Shown piece after piece: positions 43,599 through 56,930 of a DNA stretch of 64,000 bases. Under the pieces are notes generated by a model, which was not told the DNA's origin, did not search any database, and saw nothing but the letters and a program-made list of their open reading frames with translations. This DNA comes from the human T2T-CHM13v2.0 reference genome, Homo sapiens. Each line of letters begins with the position of its first letter. The stretch's first letter is position 1. Location of the stretch: NCBI RefSeq assembly GCF_009914755.1, contig NC_060929.1; one strand, written 5' to 3'. Made by a program: the position numbers and the translations under genes.

Positions 43599-44296
43599 TG
43601 CGTTAGTTCATTTGCAATGCTATAAAGAAATACCTGAGGCTGGGTAATTTATAAAGAAAAGAGGTTTATTTGGCTCACAGTTCTACAGGCTGAACAAGCA
43701 GCATGGTGCTGGCATCTGCTTCTGATGAGGCCTCAGGAAACTTACAATCCTGGTGGAAGATGAAGGGGGAGCAGGCATATCATGTGTCAAGGGAGGGGGC
43801 AAAAGAGGGAGAAAGAGATGCCACACACTTTTAAACAATCAGTTCTCTCATGCCTGTAATCCCAGCACTGTGCGAGGCCAAGGTAGGAGGATCACTTGAA
43901 CCCAGGAGTTTGAGTCCCCAGCCAGGACCACAAAGTGAGACCCCATCTGTACAAAAAAATAAAATTAGCCAGGCATGGCACACGCCTGTGTTCCCAGATA
44001 CTTGGGAGGCTAAGATGGGAGGATTGCCTGAGCCTAGGAGGTCAAGGCTGCAGTAAGATGAGATCGTGCCACTGCACTCCAGCCTGGGTAACAGAGTGAG
44101 ACCTTGCCTCGAAAAAACAAAAACCAAAACAAAAGACTATCAGCTCTCATGTGAACTCATTACCACGGGGAGGGCACCAAGCTGTTCATGAGGCATCTGA
44201 CCATGACCCAAACACCTTCCCCTAGGCCCCACCCCCAATACTGGGGATTACATTTCAACATGAGATTAGGAGGGAATAAACATCCAAACCATATCA
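43599..44296 (-). mobile_element. MSTB-like MaLR solo LTR, split by an Alu
   Basis: TG...CA termini, TSD TCCCC, AAATACCTGAGGCTGGGTAATTTATAAAG. Confidence 0.9.
43847..44135 (+). mobile_element. AluJ-like SINE (slightly 5' clipped)
   Basis: CTCATGCCTGTAATCCCAGC through A-rich tail. Confidence 0.92.
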
Positions 44297-45439
44297 TCCC
44301 CTCTTCCACTCTTTAAGTCCATGTATAAATTCATCTGGATGGTATTTCCCCAGAAGCACTTCACTACAAAGTAGAAGCAACAGGAAGAAGAATAGTGCTG
44401 ATAATAGTATAGCTGAGAAGTGAGGTCCTGCATGGGAAAAGCCCTATCCCAGCTCTGTGCTGGCTCTGAAGACCCAAACTCAGGGGACTCTCAGTCTGGC
44501 AGGGGAGCCATGAGAGAAACATGTCATGACCAAGCAATCTGATCAGGGCAGCTCTGTAGGTAAACATAGGGTGTTCTTGGGTCTTGGAGGACTGGCACCT
44601 ACCCTGAGATGGGGAAGTTTCTGGAGGAGGTGATGACTGAATCTTGAAATAAGAATCAGCCAAACAAAGAAGAGAAGGGCAATCCAGGCAAAAGGAACAG
44701 TGGGAGCAAAGGCCTGGAAGTAGGCAAGAACATGGCATATGTGTGGACTGACATGTCCCTGGAACCAAAGAGGAAGGCCGTGGATGAGGCTCTGGGGGTA
44801 AGAAGCAAGTCACTGAAGATGGTTGGCTTCATCCTGAAAGAATGGAGACACCATGAAGGGCCTTAAGGAGAGATGTGACATGACCAGATGATTGGAGGGT
44901 GGATAGGAGACCAGCGATTACTCTGTGCTATTGCCCACTAAAGAAAGAAGGAAACTCCTATTTGCCCTCCTTCTCCAGGGTTTACTATCTCTGGAAATGA
45001 CACTGCCATCTACCCAGTTGATCAAGTCAGGGACATCCTCCTTAACATCTGCTTCTCTCTTACCTCAGTATCACCAAGACTTAGAGAGTCTGCATTCTCA
45101 GTATCTCTCCAACACGCTCATCCTCCAATTTCCCCGCCATCATAACCTCCAATGGCCTCCTGATGTTCCCCTGCCTCCAGCTTCTTCTTCTTCTAGCTAT
45201 TCTCTACATCACAGCCATGGTCTTCCTAAAGTGCAGACTTAATCTTGGCATTTCTTAGCAGAAAAAAAATTTTTAAAAGCCCTTCAGTGCCTCCTGTGTC
45301 AGTCAGGATTCCTACTGCAATCAGAACTCTAGCTATTTAAACAGAAAATAGTTGTATAAAAAGGATATACAGCAGCACAGCAAATCATTGGAATTTTGTT
45401 TGTAAATCATCATCCTTTTGTTGGGCAAAGGATGTGCCT

Positions 45440-45920
45440 TATGTTTCAGTCATCTGTTGTGTAACAAACCATCTCAAAACTTAGTGGCTTAAAACAACAC
45501 CAATTGTATACCATGACTCAGGGCTGACTGGGCTCTGCTGGGCAGTTCTTCTGGTCCTCATGGTTTTGGCAGGAGCTGTAGCCTCCCGGAGGCTCAACTC
45601 AGCTGAGATGGCTCATTCTCATGACTGGTGGTTGGTCCTGGCTGTCAGGTAGGAACTCAGTTGGGGGTGTCAACTGAGCTTCTCAGTTCTCCCTGTGGTC
45701 TTTCTATGTGGCATGTGCAGCTGGATTCTAAAAGGGAATATTCAAAGGGTGTGAAAATGAAAGCTGTAGATCTCCTATGGCCCAACCTTGAGAGTTACAC
45801 AGAAGCACTTCTGTTGCATTCTTTTGGTCAAAGCAAAGCAAGAGGGCCAGTTCAGATTCAAAATAGACTCCTCTCCTTCGTAAAAGGAGAGGCAAAAATG
45901 TGCAGCCATCTTTATATGCA
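45440..45920 (-). mobile_element. MLT1 LTR
   Basis: GTGTAACAAACCATCTCAAAACTTAGTGGCTTAAAACAAC. Confidence 0.75.
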
Positions 45921-46009
45921 CCATCCCTTACTTGTATATCCTCCTAAATCACCTAGTAGGATACATAATAGGTGCTTAATAAAAATTTGTTAGGGATCAA
46001 TGTATTCAA

Positions 46010-46315
<306 letters not shown>

Positions 46316-46399
46316 GATTTAATCATTTATTTATTCATTTATTTGGGAATCATTGGCCATGAAATAGACCAATAGTCTTGGAAAACACTAGAAGGCGGC

Positions 46400-46580
46400 T
46401 CAATGCGCTGAAGAGAGTCCACCAGACCTATGGTCAGACTTTGTCTTTCTTATGACCTTAGGTAAATTGCTTAGTCTTTGGAACTCAGTTTCCTCATCAG
46501 TAAAATGGGATAACTATGCCTACAGATGAGAGTAACAACACCCACCTCACAGGGTATTTCCAGGTTTAATTGCTCATGTG
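46400..46580 (+). mobile_element. MIR SINE
   Basis: CTCAGTTTCCTCATCAGTAAAATGGGA. Confidence 0.7.
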
Positions 46581-48028
46581 TTCCAGCCCTGCTTGTTCAC
46601 TTTGAGGTGATAGGACCCGGTAGAGAAAAACTTACTCCCCTGAGAAACAAGTTTTATTTTGGTGGTGCAGGGGTGGCGGACCCTCTGGTGTTACTTTAGA
46701 GCACTTTCATTTGAAACAGTTACAACACTACAAACAAACAAGACATAGACTTTTTGCTTTTTGAAGATAATTAATTGAAGAAAACGAGTAATAGAGGTTG
46801 CCTCTGGGGAACCAGGAATCAGAGATGGAAGGGAAGTGTGTGCTTTACTCTGTACTTGTTGGCACTGTGTGAATATTTCTCTTACAGGTCTCTCTCTCCA
46901 AAGAGAGAGAAAGAGAATTTAAATATGAGGAATTCAGATACAGTTGAAACAATTTCTTCTGGGTCACAGTGACTTCAGTGAGCACATAGCTGTTCATTAA
47001 TATAATTCACAGCCACAAAAAAAGATGTGAATCACATTTTTCCTATAACAAGAAGCCTTGAAAAGAGCACCCGGAGTGGGGCTCTGAGGCTTCTTATCTC
47101 TCCACCCCTGTGGCAGTTTCCTCTCGGATCCTTGGGGTGCTTCTGCATTTGTTCATTAAATGCCTGCTCAGACTGGAGACAGCTCAGGCAATGTCCTGTC
47201 ATTGCTGGACATGACATGTTCGATATACTGTCACAGTCTCCTTCCCGCATGCCCCCTCGGTGGCCCTCACTTCTGTTTGGCTCAATCATTTAATTTGCAG
47301 ACTCCAGGCAGCCTAATTCCTAATCTTTCTTTAGCAAGATCATGATATGTGATGCATTGGGAGCCAGTCAAGGAGGTGAGGGAAAGTCTGGAAGATGAAT
47401 AGATGAAAGGAGGGCAGGAAGGGAGGGAGGAAAGAGGAAGGAAGAGGTGCTGATTCTTGCAATTTTCTAGAACCTCTCCAAAGTCTTTTTTCCTCCATGA
47501 CCCTTTCTCCCCTTGCCCTGGGATTCTCTTGTCCTCACTACCCTTGCAGTCTCCCACTCCTGCGTATTGTACAAGCTGGTGCAGACTGAGAAATGTTGCT
47601 CTGAAAGACAGGAAAGGGAATTTTTTTAAACATCTGCTTCATTACCCAGCTCCCCACTGCCCAGCCACCAATACACACAGACACATTGAATGTCTCCACA
47701 GGTCCTCTCAGCTCTTTGAAAATGATGAACTATCCAATCATTCACTTCTCTAAGTCTCCACCACCCCATCCCTGTCACTCCAGATGAGAAATTCATATAA
47801 AGATGGCTTTGCTCAGAAAACAATGTTGCCTGTGGCCATTAAGAAAAAAAGGTCTGCCCACCCTTAAATGTTTATCATAGCTCCTGATTTTTTTCTTTTC
47901 TTAAATCTTTTTTTCTTTTTTTTGACTTGGGGCAAGGAGGGTCTGACTGTCACTTGGAGCTAAACCAGTCTCCAAGTGGCCATCAGACCCTCTTTGCCCC
48001 AAGTCAGTACCGTCCTCAGTGACAGCTC

Positions 48029-48490
48029 TGATATGGGTTAAATTGTGTCACCCAAAAAGACGTGTTGAAGCCCTGACCCCCATACCTTGGAGTGTGACCT
48101 TCTTTGACAGTAGGGCTGTTGAAGATGTCATTAGTTAAGATGAGGTCATACTGGAGTAGGGTGGGCCGTTAATCCAGTATGACTGGTGCCTTCCCAGAAG
48201 AGGAGAAGGGACATACATGAAGTCACATAAGGGAAGAACACCATATGACACCGGAGGAAGGGGCTGGAGTGATGCAGCTGCAGGCCGGGGAACATCAAAG
48301 ATCGCCAGCCAACCACCGGAAGCAAGGAGAGGCAAGGAAGCATCTGCCCAGAGTTTCAGAGGAACAGGGCCCTGCTGACACCATGATTTTCCAACCCTGG
48401 CCTCCAGAGCTGTGGGAGAATACGTTTCCATTGTTTTCAGCCACCCAGTTTGTGGTACTTTGTTTATGGCAGCCCTAGCAGGTTGATATA
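48029..48490 (+). mobile_element. MLT1C-like MaLR LTR
   Basis: TGATATGGGTTAAATTGTGTC...TTAGTTAAGATGAGGTCATACTGGAGTAGGG...GGCAGCCCTAG. Confidence 0.85.
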
Positions 48491-48904
48491 ACTTCCTGCT
48501 ATTGCCTTTGAAGCTACCGCTGGACAATAGTCTTTCAAAAGGAACTAGGGGTTTGATTTCAATGGGATGAATTTGAATAGAGTTTTGGGAGCGAAACACA
48601 TATGCTGTCACTGAATTCTCAAAAAGCCTGATTTCCTCCAAGTGTCCTATCAAAAATATAAAGACATTTGAAGATAAAACACACCTTCCTTTTCCTTATC
48701 CGAGAAAACCCCAAGTTCTCAGGATAACAGACACGGGACGGCAGAACTCAAGAGACAGTGGACTTGTGGCAAATGTGGAATCCCAGGCCCGCTGTGTGGC
48801 TATCAGCTGCGTGGTCTTGATTGAGTGTGTCAGTCAGGGTCCTGGAGGAAACGCCACTCACTGCAGATGGGTCAGGTGAAGAGACTTTAAGGAACTGACC
48901 ACAT

Positions 48905-49086
48905 GCTGTGTGCTGTGGCTCCCACCTATCATCCCAGCTACTTGGGAGGCTGAGGTGGGAGGATCACATGAGCCCAGGAGTTCAAGGCTGTGGTGAGCTA
49001 TGATCGCACCACTGTACTCCAGCCCAGGTGACAGAGCGAAACCCCATCTCTCTACTATAAAATGAAAAAAAAAGAAAAAGAAAAAG
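48905..49086 (+). mobile_element. Alu monomer (FRAM/FAM-like), probably inside an old LTR (about 48826-49430)
   Basis: Single right-arm-like unit with A tail. Confidence 0.8.
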
Positions 49087-50359
49087 AGGGAAGGGACCAC
49101 ACAGGTGCTGGGAGGATGAGGAAATAAACCAGGAATGACGAAGCATGCAAAGAAGAGCAACGAGGAGGAGTTGTTACCCCTCCAGAGCAGAGGGGACAGA
49201 CGGAGGAAACGGTGGTATTGCCCTCTATCAGGCATCACACTCATGGAGGGACTCAACGACTGGCAGACAGGTGGCACCTAACTAGGTAAGGATGGGGAAG
49301 AAAGACTTCGACTTCTCTCTTCTCCTGCTAGTGCCTCAATTGGCTGAACCCAGCAGGAAGCCCAGAGGACAAGGACCCCAGCACAAAGAGATGGCAGAGA
49401 GAGCAAATGGAGAAGAACTACTACAGCAAGCCATTCTCCATTCCGAACTAAGTATTTCCCTGGCCAAATGGGAGTAAGAATACTGACTGCTAGGCTTGTG
49501 ACATGCCTATCACTTGGTCATGAATTATAAGGGACATAGCACAATGCTGGGCAAAGAGGATTGTCCTCGAGAAACACCCAGTGAATAAACAATTAATGGG
49601 CTGAGTGGATTTTCTTACGAGGCACACACATCATTCTTTTTTTCTAAAAAAAAAAAAAAAATCTCCAATGATAGACTTGGATAAATTATGCCTCAACTCC
49701 ATGTCATAAAAGGTACAGAGGGAATTGTACAGCATATTAGAGATAATTAACTCCAAGTAGAATCAGGGCTGCCAGAATTCAGGAAGGACTCTGTGAGTCA
49801 ATCTCACCCTAAAAAGGCACTGAGGCGCATGTACAGAAAGGAAAATAGAAGCCAATTAATTCAAAACATTTGGTACCTTGTAGCCTCAAGAGGTTTAGAT
49901 GGAAGCACTTAGCGAGTGTGACTGAAATGGCAAGTACGTCCGGCTGCATGTGATAGATTGGTGGGAGCTGATTCAGCCACCATGCAGAGTACTGAGAAGT
50001 TGTGTCCATTTCTAGGAACTGTTGACTCAAAGGCAAAATGCAAGATGGAGCTTCATTAGGGCAGGTGGGTTTTGAAGGAGAGTTGAGACAAAGGTTATTT
50101 TTATCTCGGGGCTGTTTTCCAATCTCTCCTCACTTTCAAGGAAGGGAACGGATAGAGCACCTACTGTGTGTTGAGTAGGAGCTAAAAGGCCCCTGCACAC
50201 CACTTCAGCGAATCCTCACAGCAACCAGGAGAGCGAGAAGAGGAAAGAGGCTCAGGGAAGGCTTAGGGACTTTGAGCCTTGCCCAAAGTCCCATCAAAGC
50301 TGGGGGGCCCAAGAGGAATTCAAACTTATGTTGTTTTCACGCTATACCACGTGACCTTT

Positions 50360-50682
50360 TTTTCCTTTTCTTTTTCTTTTCCTTTTCTTTTTTTTTTTTT
50401 AGAAAGGATTTCACTCCGTCACCCAGACTAGAGGGTAGTGCATAATCATAGCTCACTGCAGCCTTGACCTCCTGGGCTCAAACAATCCTCCTGCCTCAGC
50501 CTCATTAGTAGGTGGGACTATAGGCACATGCCACCAAGCCAGGGTGACTTTTAATTGTTTTTGTACAGAGCAGGTCTCCTTATTTTGCCCAGGCTGATCT
50601 CAAACTCCTGGGCACAAGTGATCCTCCCACCTCTGTCTCCCAAAGTGCTGAGATCACCGGTGTGAGCCACCGCACCCGGCCC
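50360..50682 (-). mobile_element. AluJ-like SINE
   Basis: Reverse dimer; TSD-like GTGAC(C)TTTTT on both sides. Confidence 0.92.
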
Positions 50683-50872
50683 AAGTGACTTTTTCCATCC
50701 CATCATGTGAGTCAAACCTCTTGGCTCCACTCTCAAGATATGGTCCTAAGAAACTACAGAAACAATTTCACCATACTGGAAGAAACACAAATATCAAACA
50801 ACAAAGGAAGAACAGAAAGAGGGATCCTGCAGGGAAATCCCAGTTCTGCCTCTGCCTCATAGGTTGCTACCA

Positions 50873-51060
50873 CCAGATTTCGATGGTTCTACCACACACA
50901 CTTTTTGTTTTCTTTTTCACATTTTAACATCTCAAAAATCAGAGTATATTTTACAATTGATGCCATGTCAGAGTTTAATTGACAGTTGTTATTCTTTCTT
51001 GATGGCACATTACACAATGGTGAGCCTTATCATGTACTGTTGGCACATTTATGAAATATA
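50873..51060. mobile_element. MER104-like (TcMar-Tc2) relic
   Basis: TTTTTCACATTTTAACATCTC...TTACAATTGATG...TGAAATA. Confidence 0.55.
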
Positions 51061-51168
51061 TTATTATCAGCTTCATTTTTCACAGATGAGTAATGCAGCC
51101 TGTTCACAAGCAAATCAGTGGTCCCCTGCCCACTTCCCTGACCTCACCTCCGCCTAGGATGCCTGATT

Positions 51169-51171
51169 TTT

Positions 51172-51231
<60 letters not shown>

Positions 51232-51275
51232 TCCTTCCTTCCTTCCTTCCTTCCTTCCTTCCTTCCTTCCTTCCT

Positions 51276-51336
<61 letters not shown>

Positions 51337-51366
51337 TTTCTTCCTCTCCTTTTTCTTTTTTTTTTT
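51169..51366. repeat. Compound (TTTC)n(TTCC)n(TTTC)n microsatellite, Alu tail-derived
   Basis: About 200 bp uninterrupted pyrimidine tract. Confidence 0.95.
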
Positions 51367-51620
51367 AGTCTCGCTGTTGTCCAGGCTCTGGGCTCACTGC
51401 AGCCTCCATCTCCTGGGTTCAAGAGATTCTCCCGCCTCAGCCTCCTGAGTAGCTGGGATTACACTCACCCGCCATCATGCCCAGCTATTTTTTGTATTTT
51501 TGTAGAGACGGGGTTTCGCCATGTTGGCCAGGCTGGTCCTGAACTCCTGACCTCAGGTGATCTGCCTGCCTAGGCCTCCCAAAGTGCTGGGATTACAGGT
51601 GTGAGCTACTGCGACTGGCC
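51367..51620 (-). mobile_element. Alu SINE with internal deletions
   Basis: Reverse Alu ending GCGACTGGCC; TSD-like CCTGATT(T/C)TTTCT. Confidence 0.9.
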
Positions 51621-51714
51621 GACACCTGATTCTTTCTACATTTGCCCTCTCTTCCTCCCTCTAACCACCATTTTGTTCCTATTTGTACTGGGCCCTGTGG
51701 GCTGCCTTGTAAAC

Positions 51715-52195
51715 ACTCTTTCCTTTTTCCCTCCTGGCCAACAGGACTCTGATTTGATAGAAGCGTCCATTGATCCAGATAGGTTATCTTACCCCATATC
51801 AATTAGATACCCAATGTAATCATGGAAAATACCATTTCTCTCACTTGTGTAGTTCGGGCTGGGCTTGTGAGTCACTTGTGGTCTAAGGAAAAGTGTACTG
51901 GGGACTCCTGGGGAAAGCTTCTTCTCTTTTAGAAGATACAGAAGTTTTCTTTGTTTCGCTAGACAGTTGTGTCTGGATGTGCCTGGCACTACAGGCACCA
52001 TGAAGGGACCCAGCCTTGGGATGGGCAGAGACACAGAAGGAAACCAGGCCCTGATGATGTGGTGCAGCAGTGCTGTGTTCCCCATTTTCCACCTTTTACT
52101 TGAGAACTCCCAGCTCAGTGAGATAAAAATGTGCTTATCGTAGAAGCCACCTTGAGTCGGGGTTTTCTGTGACTTGCAGCTGAAGGCCTCCTCAT
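51715..52195 (+). mobile_element. MLT1 (J/K-like) LTR
   Basis: CTGGGGAAAGCTTC...GTGCCTGGCACTACAGGCACCATG...GACTTGCAGCTGAA. Confidence 0.6.
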
Positions 52196-52199
52196 TTAC

Positions 52200-52530
52200 G
52201 GGCAGCCTCAGGGCTTTCCTCTCACTGTTTTTCTGCTTGACCCTCTCCCCCTGGCTGGCTCCGCCTCATTCTTCAGGCCCAACTCAGAGGTCACTCCTGT
52301 CACCTCCCTGTTGGATGTGCTCCCGCCAGTCACTCCATCTCGTTCTGTTCTGTTTCCCGCAGAGCCCTTGGGATTCATTAAACTCGTCTGGTTTAAGGAC
52401 AGCACTTGATTCCCCCACACCAGAACATAAGCCCCAAGACAGCAGGGACATGCCTGTCTTATTCACTCCAGGACTCCAGGACTTAGCTCAGTGCCTGCCA
52501 TATAGTAGACACTCAATAAATCATCTCTGA
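52200..52530 (+). mobile_element. L2 3' fragment
   Basis: GCAGGGACATGCCTGTCTTATTCAC...TAGTAGACACTCAATAAAT. Confidence 0.7.
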
Positions 52531-52731
52531 GTGATCAAGATGTAGAGAGCTGGCATTTTAAACCCAAGCATTTTACATCTTGCTAGATGCCACCTTTCAG
52601 AACTCTTTACCTCCCTGTTTTAGGATTCAGGCTCCTTGTTTCCCTAGCTAGGCCCTGCTCCTTAGCTCACAGATGCCATTTCCCCCTAAGCATCAGCATT
52701 CTCTCTTTGCAGGTGAACTCTTAAAAAGGAG

Positions 52732-52897
52732 ACAATCCTCCTGCCTCAGCCTCATGAGTAGCTGGGACTACAGGCACATACCACCAAACCAGGGTGACTT
52801 TTAATTGTTTTTGTACAGAGCAGGTCTCCTTATTTTGCCCAGGCTGATCTCAAACTCCTGGGCACAAGTGATCCTCCCACCTCTGTCTCCCAAAGTG
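52732..52897 (-). repeat. Internal Alu fragment duplicated from 50482-50647
   Basis: 166 bp ungapped match with 5 mismatches; no tail or TSD. Confidence 0.9.
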
Positions 52898-53300
52898 GGA
52901 GCTGCCTGCCCTGCATTCCATTGCTCAGCTCAGGATTGAATTGATGGCTGTGTTCTCCAGGCCAAAATCCTGGGCACAGAATTGGGATGGCCTTATCATC
53001 CCTCTGCTCCACCTTCTTGCTTTCTCTGCCAGTAGCCCCTACCTAATCTGCTGCGGGATTGGGGGTGGGGGGCAGTAGTTATGATGGTGATGGCACCATG
53101 GATCCCAAGAATTCCTCAGAAATTAGAAATTTAGGCTCAGACAGGGAAAGTGATCTGGTCATAGGCAGTAGTTGGAAGACACGGGAAGAGAACCCAGCTT
53201 TCCTCTCTCTCCCGGTTCCAGGATCTTTCCAGTAACCTGTTACTTCTTTTTAGATAGAGACATAGTAAACTGAAAGTTGTCGTTACTTCCAAGGTGAACT

Positions 53301-53451
53301 AGAGCATCTCCCTATGTTGCCCAGGCTCATCTCGAACTCCTGGGCTCAGTCCATCCTCCCGCCTCTGCTTCCCAAAGTGTTGGGATTACAGGCATGAGCC
53401 ACCACGTCCAGCCCGTATGATTTCTCCAATCCCTTCATGTGAGTCAAACCT
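53301..53451 (-). repeat. Alu left arm plus flank homologous to 50567-50719
   Basis: Shares the non-Alu flank TCATGTGAGTCAAACCT. Confidence 0.75.
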
Positions 53452-53522
53452 GTCGGCTGTTTCAATTCTGTGAGCCTCAATTTACCAATCTGCAGATTGA
53501 GGCACTCAGCCATTTTCCTCAG

Positions 53523-53525
<3 letters not shown>

Positions 53526-53567
<42 letters not shown>
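53526..53567. repeat. (TG)n microsatellite
   Basis: About 21 units. Confidence 0.97.
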
Positions 53568-53569
<2 letters not shown>

Positions 53570-53959
53570 CTTAGAAGATCATGCAAGGGCTGATATAAAG
53601 GCCATAAAAACACTAAAGCAGCCTTTCCTCTAAGTCCAGGTTCAAGGGCCCATCTAAGTCCAGCATTTTAAAATTTGACCCCTTACAAACACACAGCTTC
53701 ATCCTTAACAAGATGCTTAGCCTGAGCATCTATCGTCTGTCGGCTTCCTCCTCTAGCCCATCTATCCCCATCCCCTGGACATCTGGTGCCTGTGGCTGAT
53801 CCATTAGCTGCCTTGCCTGCCCCCAGAGCAGAGCGATCCAGGCCACCATGAAATATTTAAGCAGCCCTGACAGCAGATAACTTACTCTGACTGGATTCTG
53901 CTTTGGCTGTGGTTTGGGTTACAGATGAGAAGGCTGACCAGTTAAGGCAGAGAAGTTAA

Positions 53960-54318
<359 letters not shown>

Positions 54319-55729
54319 TAGCCAAGACCTGAGAATCCATTTCTGACAGTAGAGAATTTCAGCCTTTAGAGGCATCAAGACCTGAGTTCAAGTCAGCCTG
54401 GCTGCTTTCTAGCTGTCGTCCTCTTGTGAGTAACTAAATTGTGCTGAGACTCAGTTTCTCTATCTGTAAGTTGAAGAAAACCAGCCCTTCTCCAGATTGC
54501 CATGAGACTTAAATGCAATAAGATGTTTGGAGGTAGCTGACAGGTGTTTACTTTATGTGAGTTCCCTCCTTCCGCTTAATCAGGAGTTTCTTATCTGGGT
54601 CTGCCTTAGGAATGAGAGATAACTAGGTGTCATCTGGATGGATATAGGATGACAGTTTAAGGGTCACCTACACTGGAACCGAATTCACTTCATCTGGGCT
54701 GTTAGAACACATTCCAGACTCCTAGAATTTCTTTACTACTGACTTCATTCCAAAAAAGGATCTGAGGCTACAGAGTGCACGTATATATATTACTGTTAAT
54801 AAAACAGGAGTAGGAATAATAGCAGCTAATGTTTATAGGGTTTGCTGTACAGCAGGTACTGTGTTAAGTGCCCTACCTCACATTATTTTTTCTTAAATAC
54901 AGCACCCTGACAAGCAGGCAGAAGCATATCTGCTAAGCATTGATGGCCCTTTCTGGCTCTAATGCCAGAGCAACCCTGACTTCTAGGTCACGGTTGTAAA
55001 ATAAATTGTTGCAATGGGATCCAAAAAAGGGGGAAGTTTATACTAGAGAGCTTTACAGTCACAATAACAGAAATAATTTTTCCTGTAGGAGTCCCAACAG
55101 TAAAGGTGTTTTTATAGCTGGGAGTTCATAACCATAAAACCTAAAGTCACCAGCTCCTACAGTGTAGAATCACGTGGCATCTTCCTTATCACCACCAGCT
55201 CTGACATTGGTGCAAAACATCTTACGCATTTTCTAATCTTTTTTATCATCTTTTCCAGCCAATGTTATGATAAAGTCTTGCAATCAAAGCAAATGTTACC
55301 ACTGCAAAGCCATTTGACCTATTGTCCTTGTGGCTTTCTCAGCAGAGGGGCCCTGTAAGGCCAATTGTATACCATAAATAATCCATCAGGTTATCCAGTT
55401 GGCATAATGGGCCCTCCCACTGCAGAAGAAAAGCTTGTGGTTGAGTGTCCAAGGTCTCTCTGAGCTCCTTGGCAGCCCCTTCCCAAAGGGAAATACAGTG
55501 AAATTTAGAGGGAGCCCTCCTTCCCCGAAAGGAGGAAGCAAACACTCTGGGTGCTGTTGCTTTGGCTTGGTTCCTTTGGAGTGAGGTGCTGTCTAACCAG
55601 GCTCTTGGCTGGATGTTTGCTTTTCAGCCTCTTTGGCTGTGACTTCTGTGGGGTGAATATAGGATCTGTCTGCCCCACTCAGTGCAAGAAGCTGGTGGGA
55701 TTTGGCAGACCCCCAAATGTGCCAGATTC

Positions 55730-55920
55730 CATCTACATGCATGGATTCCACACTCTTCACCTCATGGAATCTTGACAGCTCTTCTGCGAGGGAGGCAGTA
55801 CGATCCTCATTTGACAGATGAGGAATAAAGGAGGCTCAGAGAGATAAGTTTAGCTGCCCAAGCTCACACAGCAGGGAAGTGGCAGAGTCTGACTAGACCC
55901 AAGATCTCCTGACTCCAGCT
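55730..55920 (-). mobile_element. MIR SINE
   Basis: CCTCATTTGACAGATGAGGA...GAGGCTCAGAGAG. Confidence 0.75.
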
Positions 55921-56029
55921 GCAATCTTCAGAGAGTTACGATGATGACATACTTCATTGCACACAGGGAACAGGTAACAGAGCTGGGGAACCAAGCCCAG
56001 CACTCACCCCAGTCCACCACACAACCTCC

Positions 56030-56621
56030 CTGCTTGCATTTGCCCAATGAATAAATATTTGCTGCCCACCTGCCAGACACCAGGGTCTACTGGATGTCCT
56101 GAGGATGTAGCTATGAGCAAGTCAGGCAGGATCTGTGTGTCCCCAAGGGGCTCACCTTCTAGTGCAAGAGACAGATGATAAATAAGAAAGCTGGTAGGTT
56201 GACAAGGGTATTGTTGTTGGGATTATCTCATGGTGGAAATATTCAAGGGCTGGGGCAGGGGAAAAGGGTGGGGTATGTGGTCACTGCTTTAGACAGGAGG
56301 ATCAGGAAAAGCTTCTACGAGGAGGTGACATTATCTGAGAACTTCAAGATGTGTAGGAGCCAGTCATGGCAGGGAGAACAAGAAGGGTAAGGGCCCAGAG
56401 GTGAGATGTAGCTTACCCGGGACAGGGAATAACACAGGGCAATATGGCCAGAAGGTCACAAATGAAGACCAGAAGGGCTCAGGATGAAGTTGGACAGAGG
56501 TTGGCAACAGATCTTGAGGATCACATAAAGGGGTTGAATATATTTCCCTAAGGGCAACACAGAGGCATTGAAGGGTTTAGGCATGGAGGTGACATGACCG
56601 GATTTGCATTTTAGAAAGATT

Positions 56622-56693
<72 letters not shown>

Positions 56694-56930
56694 AGAAAGA
56701 GGGGAGTGGGGAAAGGTTGCAGGGTGGGGAACTGGGAAGCCAGTGGAGTGCTGTAGAAGCCCAGACATAGCTGAATGAGGGCAGTGGCAATGAGAAAGGA
56801 AGAATGGGGCAAATTTGGGACATGTTTAAAAGCAAAATAATGCAGAGTTGTCGACAGCTTAAAAGTGAGCAGCGAGGGAGGGGAGGTGTTCAGAATGACT
56901 TCCAGGCTCCTGGCTTGAGCAAACTGGGTG
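56030..56930 (-). mobile_element. L2 fragment containing a (CT)n(GT)n microsatellite at about 56622-56690
   Basis: AATAAATATTTG...GAGGAGGTGACATT...ATTTGCATTTTAGAAAGAT...GAATGACTTCCAGG. Confidence 0.75.

Noticed and set aside
51093-51422. FLSF-repeat and KERK-repeat ORFs
   Set aside because: Translations of the (TTTC)n microsatellite
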